Below are positions 38,506-50,725 of a stretch of 64,000 bases of DNA, one piece after another. A model generated the notes under the pieces. It had not been told where the DNA came from and did not search any database. It worked only from the letters and a program-made list of their open reading frames with translations. Positions within the stretch are counted from its first letter, which is position 1. Each line of letters begins with the position of its first letter. The DNA comes from Entomortierella parvispora E1425 (taxonomy: Eukaryota > Fungi > Mortierellomycota). The position numbers and the translations under genes were made by a program. The stretch spans positions 1,550,001 through 1,614,000 of the forward strand of contig BQFW01000008.1 in NCBI GenBank assembly GCA_020891255.1. The letters are read 5' to 3'.

Positions 38506-41500
38506 ATGAACCAAGAAGCACCGTCAGCTACTCAGCAAGTCCGCAAGCGGTCCAAGATGGCGTGCGATACCTGTCATTATCGGTAATTTTCAATGGGATA
38601 AGAAGTCACCATCCATCGTTATGCGTTCTTCTTTTTGTCTGGTCGTTATTTTCTTCAGTCAAGTCTTTAGTGGAATGGAGGGAGAACGAAGAGAACAGGC
38701 AAGGTCGGGGAGGGGGGTGGGAAATATGAAGCTCGTCTCGGCTTGTTTTGTCCTTAAGGCTCGATGGGATAACAGGCCTCGGTGAAATGATGCTGTGCAT
38801 CTAGGGTACACAAAACAACAAATTGGCCCCTTCTTTTTTTTTCTTTTCGAAACTGTCCCTTGCATACACATGTCCAAGATCTGGTCTTCTGAGAGAAGAA
38901 AAGCATAAAGAACATAAAGAACAACGGGACTAACGGACAACAAAGGCTTTGGAGCTCTGCCCTTTGGACTTCCTTGATCTACCTCCTTTTCATCGACATG
39001 CACACACACCCATAACAGACCCTCACTCAGTCGACCTCGATCTACCTCTGTCGCCTTATTCTCCCCTCTCTCTCCTTCCCTCTCCCGTCCTCCCTTCCTT
39101 TTCGCCCTGCCCTTCCTTTTTCCTCCTTGCTGTTTTAGAAAAAAAAAAAAAAAAGAAAAAAAAAAAGCCAGACTGTACTGCGGAGCGAAAGCGCGGAAAG
39201 GGGAGGGGGATGGAAGCAAAAAAACGGGTATTTTGTCGGAACGCGTCTCTCTTTGTTTCAAGAAAATTGTCCGTAGCAAAGATCACCCAGCACACGGACG
39301 CTCTTCACTGTTGCCAGTACGATTCCGTTGGGAGGGACGATTCGTCTAATTGATACGCCACGTTTGTTCTTTTTTTGGGGGGGTCGCGGTCCCTTTTTTT
39401 GATAGCAAGATCAAATGCAACGTCGACAAAGCCTTTCCTTGTCAAAACTGTGAGCGGAGCTCAGTTAGATGCACACTGGTGGGTCCAAGCATGCGGCCCT
39501 CTCGTGCCGTTTCAGGTTCCTCTTCGGCCGCGGCAGCCGCGGCAGTGGCGATGGCGGTGGCAACAGCTTCAAATGCTAGATTTGCGGTCGTGGCGGCATC
39601 GGCGACGAAACCCATGTTGTCGTCTGCAGGATCTCATCAGCCCTTGACCCCGGGTACTAGACCCATGTCAACGCCATCAGCCCCATCCTCGTATTCTTCC
39701 AATGTTCAACACTTTGATGCAGACTCTAATCGACAGCCCCACCGACCTACAGAGGTCAATTATCGTCAGCAAGCCCCTTGCCACCAACATCAGCAACAAC
39801 AGCTGCACCAGCAGCAACACAACCAACAGCGACCCTGGACTGAACCACATTTCACCACGGACGCCCACTCGCTTACACAAGGGATAAATGCGCCCAGGTT
39901 TCGGGACGATGGATCGGGGTCGCGGGAGGGACCAGGTCGAAGCGTTACTAGGAAGCTTCATAGCTATTCGTCCTCACCTTCGTCCTTGCGGCTCTCGTTT
40001 GTTCACGCTTCTACGGCAACGGGTCAACCCATCCACTTGCGCTCATCAATCTCCTCACCTTCGACCTCAACTTCTTCCAGTTCACCATCATCGCAGACGA
40101 GTTTGTACCAATCACTGTTGGGAGGACTTAGTGCAGGAATGGTCGCTGGGAGTCCCTTTGAGGAAGGGACCGCGGTGGGGACATCCTCTGTGGTTTCAAA
40201 AGAGGGTGCTCGAACTGATTACTTCAGCCAACCATTGTCCCCTCAGTCGGTGGGGACCACCACCCCAATTTCCCCCAACTGCACCTCGCTGACGATGACC
40301 ATGTCACAGTTCTCACTGGATCAAAGTTATCCAACTGCTGCCAGCATCTCCACAGATGAAGTTGCTACTGCTGCTCCCTCTCTGTCTTTGCCCAACTCAC
40401 CTCCGTCTATGCAAGCGTCCGCGGGTACCTCATCATCATCGACTCAGTCTCCGGGTTACTATGATCACAACACGCGGTTGACACCTCCAGGATACTTGAA
40501 CATGAATGCATCTCGCTCCGCAATTGGATCTCCCTTTGCCCTCCAGCCCAATAGTGGACGCGTCGTGTTCTACGAAAGCCAGCCATCCCTTCAAAACTGG
40601 AACTTGAATTCTGCTCCTTGGAGGCCACAGCAACAGCAAGGTCATCCGGAGAGCGTACCTACGTCCACCACCATGAACGTCGGTGACCCTGGGTTTACTC
40701 AGCAACAACAGCCACTGCAGCAACAGCATCCATATCAATACCAACAGTATCCACAGCGACCACATATTAGTCGCTCCTATAGCACTCCTTCGATCTTCCA
40801 AGTTTCTGAGATGTGGTCTGGATACCAAGGACAAGAGAGTGCAAGTGCCAAGGTTGTAAACATGAACGAGCATGTCCTTGAGCCTAATCGGTTCTCTCTT
40901 CCATCCACCCACTCTTCTTCATCCAATGTGTCCTTCACTTCATCTTTCTCTACACACGCCAGTGAACTCAAAGACTCTTATACATCGCACCCAGTACCTT
41001 TCTCCTATCAGGATCTTCATGGAGGCAGCTCGTTACAGAAAACGACTCCGGGACCTGATCGTGGGCACCGCTTCAACGCTGCAGTCACTCGACGGCGATC
41101 TGACGGGCTTCTCTCGAGGTATTCTTTCCCCTCCTTATCATTATCCTTTGCTTCCAATCACTCGTCCGGAGCCGCCTTATCGACCGACAACAAAATCAAA
41201 GACATCCACCCTCGATGCCACGAAGTGCCTGGTTCGACCGTCCAGCAGCAACATTTGAGTGGTCCCCACTCAGCCTCCATCAGCCCTTGGTCTAAAGAAG
41301 TCAAAGCCCCAGAGGGCAATCCTTATGATATTCTAAAGCCCGAGCATCCTGAGAGACAAGACGTAGATAACGGTGCAGTTGGTCAGGTGGGACAGGTGGG
41401 ACAGCCTCCAGCACCGCCGCTGCTGCCTCTCACTTCAATGTCATTCCACTCAGATTCTGCACAAGCACCGGCACTTTGCTGGACATCACAATCGTCAGAC

Positions 41501-41746
41501 GGACAAGAGATGATAAAGCCACAGTTAGTTCACATGGACAGCGCCCTGACGCCTGCTGTTGCGTCTGCAATCCTGGACCGACACATTGGAGTGTACCCTC
41601 AGAGCACCAAGCAGAACAGGAATACAGGCGAAGACATGACGGGGGTCTTGAGCATCAGTGGCAACACCGACAATACGTCAGAGTACTTTGGAGATTTCCC
41701 TTTCGATACACTGCTGCCACCATCGGTCAACAGCTATTCGCAATAA
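38506..41746 (+). CDS. Zn(II)2Cys6 zinc-cluster transcription factor; exons 38506-38582 and 39406-41746
   Basis: Splicing CG/C gives RKRSKMACDTCHYRKIKCNVDKAFPCQNCERSSVRC (C-x2-C-x6-C-x7-C-x2-C-x6-C). The rest is S/P/Q-rich low-complexity sequence with no recognisable Fungal_trans domain. Confidence 0.92.
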
Positions 41747-42444
41747 ACTTGTGTATGTTTCACAACCCTTCTTGGAGCAAAGCACAGGAAGCAAAGAGTT
41801 TTCTGGATGGAAGGATCAGATCGACGTTCACAGATAAAGCGTTGGTACTTCGGATCATCCGTCTTCATCAGGCGACAGCCAAGTTTTTTTTTTTTTTTTT
41901 TTTTTTTTTGGATTTTGATTTTATTAGAAAAAGGGATGCGAACGCTTTTTTTGTTATTTTGAATCGAGTAATGTACAGCGTTTAAGTTTTTGAGGAAGTA
42001 TTTTTTTTTTGGAGGGTTGAAGCGAGTCAGGAGGAAGAAAACAAATGGAAGAGAGTATACGTGGTGAAAGGCAGTGAAAGGACGATAGAGCGAAAGGAAT
42101 GAAAGCAACAAGAATGAAAGAGAAAAGGGTGGTTGGGACGTGGCAGCGAACGTTTCGTTTCTGAAGAATAAATGGTCCTCGTTGCTTATGAAATGCCTTC
42201 GTCTCTTGAGAATAGCGTGACGTTGTAAAAGGTATGGGGATCTCTGTTGTCATTTCCTTCCTCCCTGTTGTTTTTCTTTGTCGTTGACTCTTCCTTTTTC
42301 TTTATCCTCCTTGCTTGCCCGCCTTCCTTTGCTCATTTTTGGTGTTCAAAAATAATAATAATAAAAAACCAGAGGTAGTTGGATATGTTCACCTTGTCAG
42401 GTGGATCGGATAGGGGGGGGGGGGGAGCTGTCTTCTCCTCTTGC

Positions 42445-44741
42445 TTACAGAATGGTGCACTTCTTTGTCGCCTTCTTTCCGCTCTTGTCAAGTTTGATGG
42501 GGTTCTGAAGTTGGATCATCCGGACAAGGTCATAAAAGACCTCATCCACGTTTATCCTTGAGCGAGCCGATGTTTCATAGTATGGCGTGCCTCCCCACCG
42601 CGTTGACAGTTGGTCACCCAACTCCCGCTTGACCTTGCGGTCTTGTTCCAAATCGCATTTGTTTCCCACCAAGACAATGGGTACCTAGAGAAAAAAGAAA
42701 GGAAAAAAAAAAAAAAAGATTAGTGTCGATGAAGAAGCCATAGAACGGAATGAAAAAGGACGCCCATCGCATCGTGATTGGACTGACGCGTCTTTGTCGC
42801 GTCTCTCGCACAGCTCCCAGACCTCAATTGTTGTTTGAGCCGAGGCAAATGGAATACCATCTCTCTATTAGCAAATGCAACACTCTAGCCCTCAACACTA
42901 AAATCCAATCATTTTGTGTCGCCTGTTCTCCATCTCTTTTACCCACCTCTTAGACCCCCGCCCTCTCGTTTCCCATGCCAGCAACGGTTCAACGACCAAT
43001 GGTCGCACCGCAAACTAAAAAAAAATACAAAAAAAATAAAATAATCCCCCTCCATGCACACCGGGTGCACAAACCTGTTGCCTTTTTTTTCTTTTTTTGT
43101 GGTTGATTGTTTGTTGTTGAGTTGGCCCTCATGGAAATAACCCTGTCAGAGCCTTCTTCCATCTGGATCATTTAAGTGCCTGCATGAATGATACCTCACT
43201 TCTTTTTTTGCAGCTGAAAGAAAAGAAAAAAAGAAAGAAAAAAAAAAAACGCGTCGTACCAAACCCAATCCGCTCACAAGAAGGAAAAGTAAGTCCGACC
43301 TCGGCTCTATCTCTTCTCTCTGGTTATCAAGCGCAATTGTGAATCCTGGCCACACTCTCCATTTTGGTTTTTGTACTGTTCAATCATAAAGAAAAAAAAA
43401 AGAAAGAAAGAAAAGAAGGAATGAACAAAAGAAACAATACAAAGAGCTCACTTACTGATGGGTTGTCTTTGACTTTAAGAATTTGTAATCGTAGTTCTGC
43501 CAGCTCGTCAAAGGTTGCTTGGGCAATGATGGAGAAGACAAGGATAAAACCTTGGCCGTTTTTCATGTACAAATCCCGCATTGCCGTGAATTGTTCTGTC
43601 CCTGCTGTGTCTAGGATCTCGAGCATACATTGGTGACCGTCGACTTCAACTTGCTTCCGGTACGAGTCTTCGATGGTGGGGTCATATCGGTCCACAAAGA
43701 CAGATTGTACGAATTGAACGGTCTAGACAGAGAAAAGAGATCAATGGATCAGCTTTGAGAAAATAGAAAACTAGACGAGATGAAAGAAAAGAGAAAATAG
43801 CTAGGATGGAGGTATGTAGACAAGAGCTGTTGCAGATGTGTGTGGTCTGTTCATTTTTGCCCAACAGGGGGAGGATGTGGGAGACAGGCGGTGAGCTCTG
43901 GGGCAAAAAAAAGAGTGCCGTTCATTTCTTTTTTGCACAGACGCATGCACAGTTGGTAAGATTGCAGGAGAGGTGATAGATTGAGAGGGAGGGAAGGAGG
44001 GACAGAGGGAGGAGGGAATGAAAAAGAGAGAGTAAGGGAAAAAGAGATAGAGGCAGAGGCAGAGAGGCGGAGGCAAAGGCACAGAGACAGAGAGAAAGGA
44101 GACGCACAAGCTCGCCACAAACACAAGGAAAAAAATCCCCCCTGCTCATGTTCATGCATGCTCTCAGATTGTCACAAACGCCTATTCCGCCGTGAACAAC
44201 TCCTTTGTGTGGTCCAGTTTTTGTCTCTTGTCTCTTTTGGACCTTTTGCAATATCCATGCCTCTGAGGTTGTGTGTCGGCTGTCCTCAATCCATGGCATG
44301 CATGCACGATTTGAGTCACGGTCGTCGTTGTTGTTGTTTTTTGTTGTTTTTTTTGCCTGTTGGTTGCCTGACTCTCGGTCCCTCTATCAGGCCAGTCAGT
44401 CCCCAGATCATGTCTCCGTGGATTTCTTTCTGTTGAGTCAAGGATATGGTCATCCATCCAAACAGTAGTCTCATTCGTTCAGGTCACCCATCTCCATCCC
44501 CCTATCCTTTGCGTGCTCTTTATCTCTCTGTCTCCCTTTTTTTTCATTTCAAAAAAGGACCCTCTGATCTTCTCCTCGTGGCTCCTTGATGTGAAGGCAC
44601 CCTCTTCTTGTTGGCTGAGATTCATGTCTCTTTGGGCTCTGGTTCAACACAGCAACGAAATAATGGGGAAAAAAAGACACTTACCAGAGCAGACTTTCCG
44701 ACACCACCAGATCCGAGGACAACGAGTCTGTATTCACGCAT
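42445..44741 (-). CDS. RAP1: Rap1/Rsr1(Bud1)-type Ras-family GTPase, 187 aa; exons 44741-44685, 43722-43456, 42684-42445
   Basis: [39 protein letters not shown] (Rap-type Thr at position 61), LVGNKCD, ETSAR and the CAAX end KKCTIL*. All junctions are GT-AG and in frame. Confidence 0.97.
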
Positions 44742-47186
44742 TCTGGCGTAGTATATGTGTTTGTTGAGGCGAGGTGGGTCGAGGGTGACGAAGGAGGAGG
44801 AGCAAGGAAAGGAATGCCGGGGTAGAAGGGTAGTCGCGAGGTTATTTCTTGTTTTTTTTTTTTGAAAAGCGCTGAGTCCTCTGAGTAGGAGTTTAGGAAA
44901 GGAAGGCGGATGGACAAACTAAGACGCCTGGATGGATCGAGTAAAGGGAGGTCGTATCGAGGTCAGAGAATTGAGAGATAATGAGGATGGGATGAGAGGA
45001 AGGAAAAGGTGAGAAAGAGAAGAAAGAGAGAAAAAATGAACAGTGGCACAAAGAGGAAAAAATAGGCAAGGGGGGAAAGCGGAGGACAAGGGGGAATGGG
45101 CTGGACAAGACATGGCACGGCAAAGGATAGGATCCATTGAATGAATGGAGAGCGATTGAATTGAGTTGCGTGCGCGAGAGAGGGAAAGCAAGAGAGAAAA
45201 GAATCTACGCAACGCAGTTTCTCTGGAGGCTGGTTGTGCTGTCTGTGCCGCACAAACAAATAAACAGACCGACTGTGGTGCTGAATCGTTCGTTCCTTCG
45301 AGGATTGCCCAAAGACCGAGGGAGTTGAATAGGCGACCAAGAAGCCCTGTCCGTCCATTCAGGCTCTTTCGACTCTTGTCCTTCTCTGTACCATCGGCTT
45401 GCCAAGCAACGGGCAAGAAATCGCCTGCAAGGAATCATGGTGAGCCTTTTTTTTTCTTTCTCGAATGTGCCATGTTTCTCGTAGCTTGTGAGGTTGTGAG
45501 GATCCCTGATCATGCACAAGACCCACTTTTCTTTTTCCTTTTCTTTTTATTTTTTGTTTTTCCTCGCTCTTATTTCCTCCTTCTTGTCCCTTTTCCACGA
45601 TCTTCAGCTTCCAATCCCGATCTGTCAGTGTCCTGTGACCGAGCGGGATCTCCAACTTTCTTGCTGAGCGAGCTAAGCTTGACTCCAAAGAAAGAAAGAA
45701 AGGTGCATGATGTTGGAGTGCGAGAAGCCACAGGACACGTCAAGCAGGATCGAGCAGTGCAAAAAGGGAGAAAGAGAGGACGAGACTCGAAGGGTTCCCT
45801 CTTCCCAGCCATCCCAACCCACCACTTTTGCTATCGACTCCATCACCCTCACTCCTTTTTTTTCAACATTTCGTTATTTTTATTCCCACTTTTACGCTGA
45901 AGTAAGGCAACGTCGAGCGTGAAAAAAAGGGTCAGAGGTTCAAAAGCCCTTGGACTCGAGGGCTCCTCCTTTCTCTTCCTATCCAACTCCACGGAGAAGC
46001 AGATCAAGCAACCACGCGGGATGAAAAAACAGCGCACACACATGGCAAATCTGTGGTTGCCCCATCCCTTTTTTTTTCTGTGTGTTGAGTTGTGTATGTG
46101 TGTGCGTTGAGGCTCGGGCAATTAACTTGTGCATGCACATTTTTTCCACTGCTGATCAGGGTATCTCGCGCGGGATGAGAAGAGATAATGGGCGAGAGTG
46201 ATCAGTTCTCTAGAATGAACTCATGGTCTTGCGAGGAGAAAAACCCATTTCTGAGAGCCAGTCAACACGTCTGCAGACCTCTCTGGGCTTTTGCTTGACC
46301 CTCGACGTTCAGCACGAGCAAGCTAAAAATGTATTTTTGTTGCGCTTTGCATAAATAGCCGACGATCCCGTTCCGTTTGTCAACAGTTGTCAACATTTGG
46401 ACACTGGAAGGCTTGTCGGGGCGGGGGAGGGTTTTTTTTTCTTAAAAAAAAAACACGTCGGCACCGTTTTTCAATGGTCCCTGTCCTGATGAGGGGTAGA
46501 TAGAGAGATAGAGAGATAGAGATAAAAGGAAAGAGGAACGAAAAAAAGAAAAGAACAAAAAAAAAAAACAGGCGACTTGCATGAGAAAACGTTGGATTCA
46601 TTTACGTACCATGCGGCAATAAAATGAACGCGATCACCAACAACAAACCTGCACAATGCAACCTTGTGTGTCGATACCGTTCTCTTTGGTCATGCAAGGC
46701 CACCGCTGGAATATAACAAGAACTCTCGTAGAAGAGCCAAGCGTTGGACCGTTCAGGCTTGGCTGTTCATGGACTCTTCAGAGAATCAACAACAACAAAG
46801 GAAAAAGAAAAAAAAAAGAGGATTCAGACCCATATCATTGATGATGGTGGAAGGGATGAACCCAGTTGACAACTTCCACTCTCATGGCTGACCCCCTGAA
46901 CGAACGATACACAATCCAGACAGGGGTTACGCAAAGAAGAAGGGGGGGAAAGGGCTCAGCCAGAAGGATTCATGCAAACTCTACTCTTCTTGGCCTGACC
47001 GCCCCCTGGCTTTGCCTCTTGTCGGCCCGCAGCCTTTTTCTCCTGATCCAGACCTCGTGGACGAAGGAGAAGTTGAGGTTGAGCTCACACTCTGGCGCGC
47101 ACACACCCAACTTGCACACCTATAAACAGTAGCTCAGTCGCACACAGGCCCACACAGGCAAGGCACGGGCACGCGTCGTGCAACAA

Positions 47187-47234
47187 GAACAGGAACAGGA
47201 GCAGGAACAGGAGCAGGAACAGGAACAGGAACAG
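47187..47234. repeat. (GAACAG/GAGCAG)8 hexamer repeat in the RAP1-cyclin divergent region
   Basis: Eight tandem hexamers read directly from the sequence. An 11-mer direct repeat CTGGAGCGTGC x2 follows at about 47268-47290. Confidence 0.9.
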
Positions 47235-47870
47235 GAAAGGGAACCGTCCGTCCGTCCGTCCATCCGGTCTGGAGCGTGCCTGGAGCGTGCCTGTCTATGT
47301 TTGAACATGGTTGAAAAATCTAATTATACAGAGTTGAAGCCCATACGATGAACCAATCCGGTGAGTCATTCTCGCGCAGAATATGCAGGAATAGATCGAG
47401 ACTGCCTACAATCAAATTATTTTTTTCTCCCCCTTCGTTTTTCCCTCGCAAAGAGGGCGATGAGATGAAGAGAGGGGCAAGTGAATGTCCCAGTGGCATA
47501 ATACAGAGAGAGGGGGAAAAGGACACTGTTTTTCATCGCATCATCATCATTCACCTTGTCCTGTCTTCACTTCATCTCCATTTCTCCACTTTCTTGACTG
47601 GCCTGGGTTGACTGACTGACTGACTGACTGACCGGCTGTCCGTCTGTCCTCCTCTCCTCTCCTCTCCTCTCCTCTCCTCTCTCTCTTTCTCTCTTTCTCT
47701 CTCTTTGCAACCTGTCTGTCTGACTGTCCGTCTGTCGACCTTTGTCTTTGTCTTTCTCCATTTCTTTTTTCTCTTCTTTCCTCTCTCCTTCTTCTGCTCT
47801 GCTCGCTCCTCTCTTCCCTCCCTTTCCTCCCTTCCCAAAAATCATATCTCTTTCTCTCAAGCTTCGACTG

Positions 47871-48487
47871 GTAAGCATTACATACAACTCCCTTTCCCTT
47901 TTGCCCCTTCTCTCTGCGTCCACTCTTCTGTCCATCCCCGTCTCTGCTTGTGTGCACTGCTACTCGTCCTTGTATACTCGAGGGTTTTTTTTTTTTTTTT
48001 TTTTTTTTTTTGGTGGAAGAATTCTATTCCCCGGCGGTGATTAAGATGGCCAGCAAGAGAGCATCCTCTCGCTAGAACCTGCTGAAGGGTGCAGACTAGA
48101 CCAAGGAGCAGACGGAAGAAAGAAAACACGAAGCAGGACCGAGAATGGCAGGTGGATGATCGCCTGCTTGTCCGCTTGTCTTCCTGTTTTTCAAACACAA
48201 GGACAGCCGCAACAAATGCAATCACAAACCGCTCTGGGCTGTGACCCCATCCTTTCCTTCATGGCCATTCATGCATGGCTATTTCCGGCCGCGCGTCATT
48301 GTGTGTTGTGTGTTCCTCCCGTCTGTTGGTCCGCCCATGATGACGGTCGCTCCGCCCTGCACTAGCAGACCGGCATCGATTGTTTCCCGGCCATCGTTCT
48401 CGCCTTGGCACCCATGACCGCTTCTGAGCTATCCCTCCTCGGGCCACGTATGCTAACAAACCTCCTGTTGCTCCTCTTCTTTCTTAG
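47871..48487 (+). other. 5'-UTR intron of the cyclin gene (617 nt)
   Basis: Donor CTG/GTAAGC at 47871 follows a CT-rich leader. Branch TGCTAAC lies at 48451 and the acceptor TTCTTAG ends at 48487. The 80 nt before the ATG contain an in-frame TGA, so they are non-coding. Confidence 0.7.
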
Positions 48488-48567
48488 GTCTTGCCCCTGT
48501 CGACTCTCGACCGAGGACCCCTTGACGCTGGAACAGACAGCGTCCCAGTGAACCCGGCAGCAACAGC

Positions 48568-50053
48568 ATGGACGCACATCCACCCGTAGCCTATTATCAG
48601 CCAGGCATGCAGTATCCAAATGGTGGCGCACAGGGAGGGCCATTGACGCCTATCTCCATGGGCCCTATGGGCGCGGGCGCTCCTGGATACGTGACGGGCC
48701 ATGGCCCCAACAGCACCTACGACCCCAACGCTGGATATAATTCCTCGGTGCCCTCTGGTCAGAACCACTCAGTGTCTTCGACACCTGTGCCACCACAGCA
48801 GCAACACCAGCAGCAGTACCAACAGCCGTATCTGACCCAGCAACCGTACCAACAGCAGCAGAGCTTGCCGCAACAACAGATGTACATGCAACAGCCACAG
48901 CAGCAGCAGCCAACCAGCCAGCAGTACCAGCAGTCGTACCAGATTCAAGGGAGCACACAGCAGCTTGCCTATCCGCACCAGTTGCCCCAATCACATATGC
49001 AGCCTCAAATACAGCTCCAGCAGGCGCAGAAGCAACAACAGCCTCAACAGCAAATATACATGTCGACACAGCCCCTCAACTCACAAACTCAAGTTCAGCC
49101 ACTTTCATACTCCCAGGGCACATCTCAAGGCGGCTATATCCAGCAGCAGCAACAACATCAACTTCAGGCACAGCATTTGCAACAGCAACTACAGCAACAA
49201 CAGATGCAGCAGCAGCAATTACAACAACATATCCAGGTTCAGCAGTCGCAGCAACGACAACAGCAGTCTGTTGGTTCGTCCATGGTACAGCACCCGATGC
49301 AGTCCTCTGCGCAGCAACAGCAGATGCAGATGCACCAACGTCAACAACAGCAGCATCAACAACAGGTTCAGCAACACCGTATGCAGGGCCAGCAATCAAA
49401 CAACGATTCACGGAACGCAGGAACCATTGAAGTTGTTACAAACCCTCAAACCAGCACATTACAATTGGCCGAGTTTGCCTCTGTGATGGTCTATACCCTC
49501 TGGCACACGCGGCCAAACATCAATGGTGCCTCCAGCAATGCTTATAATGTTGTCCCTCATCGGATAAGTGTGCCACCTTCCGCTGGACCGGCATTCAAAA
49601 AGTTCTGTCTGAAGGTAAACCATCCGCAGTTAAAAGGAGAAAGATGACTCGAGTTTGTTCTCAACACTGACTTTGCTTTACCGTTTGTACGATATTCAGG
49701 TCCTTTCCGCAACGCAACTCTCATCCTCGGTTATTTTGTTGTCTCTAAAGTATATCCAAAAGCTATTGAAGAACAATCCCTCGATTCATGGACAACAGGG
49801 CTCTGAGTTCCGGTTATTTACAGTCTCACTCATGCTTGCCAACAAGTTCTTGGACGACAACACATTTACAAACAAGACGTGGTCGGATGTGACTGGAATT
49901 AGCGTCAAGGAAATCAATGTCATGGAGATGGAGTTTCTGAACCAAGTTCAGTTCAGCTTATTTGTGAGCGAGACGGAATACTTGGACTGGCTGCACAGTC
50001 TCGAAACCTGGTTGAAGCAGCAAGGACAAGGACAAGGACCCATGTCAAGCTGA
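48568..50053 (+). CDS. PHO80/Pcl-family (Clg1/Pcl5-like) cyclin with a Q-rich N-terminus; intron 49615-49699
   Basis: AFKKFCLK/VLSATQLSSSVILLSLKYIQKL..SEFRLFTVSLMLANKFLDDNTFTNKTWSDVTGISVKEINVMEMEFL is the PHO80-like cyclin box. About 230 aa of Q/Y/S/P-rich sequence precede it. Confidence 0.92.
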
Positions 50054-50725
50054 TCGACATCACAGATATGGGATTGCTTGTGCTCCACAGATTTGGACCC
50101 GATTCTCCAGAAAGTGTTGTAGTTGTTTATGGGAGAACGATTTCGATCGAAAAATCTCTCCTCCTCGACGCCGCCCCATCACTTTCCACTCGACAACCTT
50201 GCTTTGGAGAAAGGAATACCTCCTTACCATGCTGGCGGATTTAAAATATAAAAAAAACACCCTCGGTCCGAACACACCAAGGCAAAAAGTCCCGGATCCC
50301 TCGCGCCTTGCAGGATGCATACGCCCTTTACCTTTTTTTCCCCCGCTTCAGCCAACTCGCGCCTATTTATCATATGCTCTTGCCCTCAATACGTTTCTTT
50401 CTCTCTTGCCTCTCTTTTCAGCGCGCTCCCTCTCTCTTTCTACTTTCCCACCCTCTCAAACACGCAAGCACACGGAGGCTCACGCACCATTCACACGCCC
50501 TCTCCCCTTTCTTTCTATCTCCCTTTCCGCACGAGACAACAACTTCCTTCTCCATATTTGTATCGCTTGACTCCACAAATGTACTCTAGCGTCTCGCTTT
50601 TTCTCCTTCCTCGATCATTCCTTCTTCCCTATCCTAGTACAATCCCCATAGATACCACAAATGTAGCAATGACCCAATGAAACAATGTTAGCAAGCAATT
50701 TTATATATAATATGGTACATTTGCT

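Noticed and set aside
44893-48460. Numerous 60-240 aa ORFs in the RAP1-cyclin divergent region and other intergenic GA/CT tracts
   Set aside because: They are low-complexity translations of microsatellites and purine/pyrimidine tracts on both strands, with no splice-consistent protein-like models.
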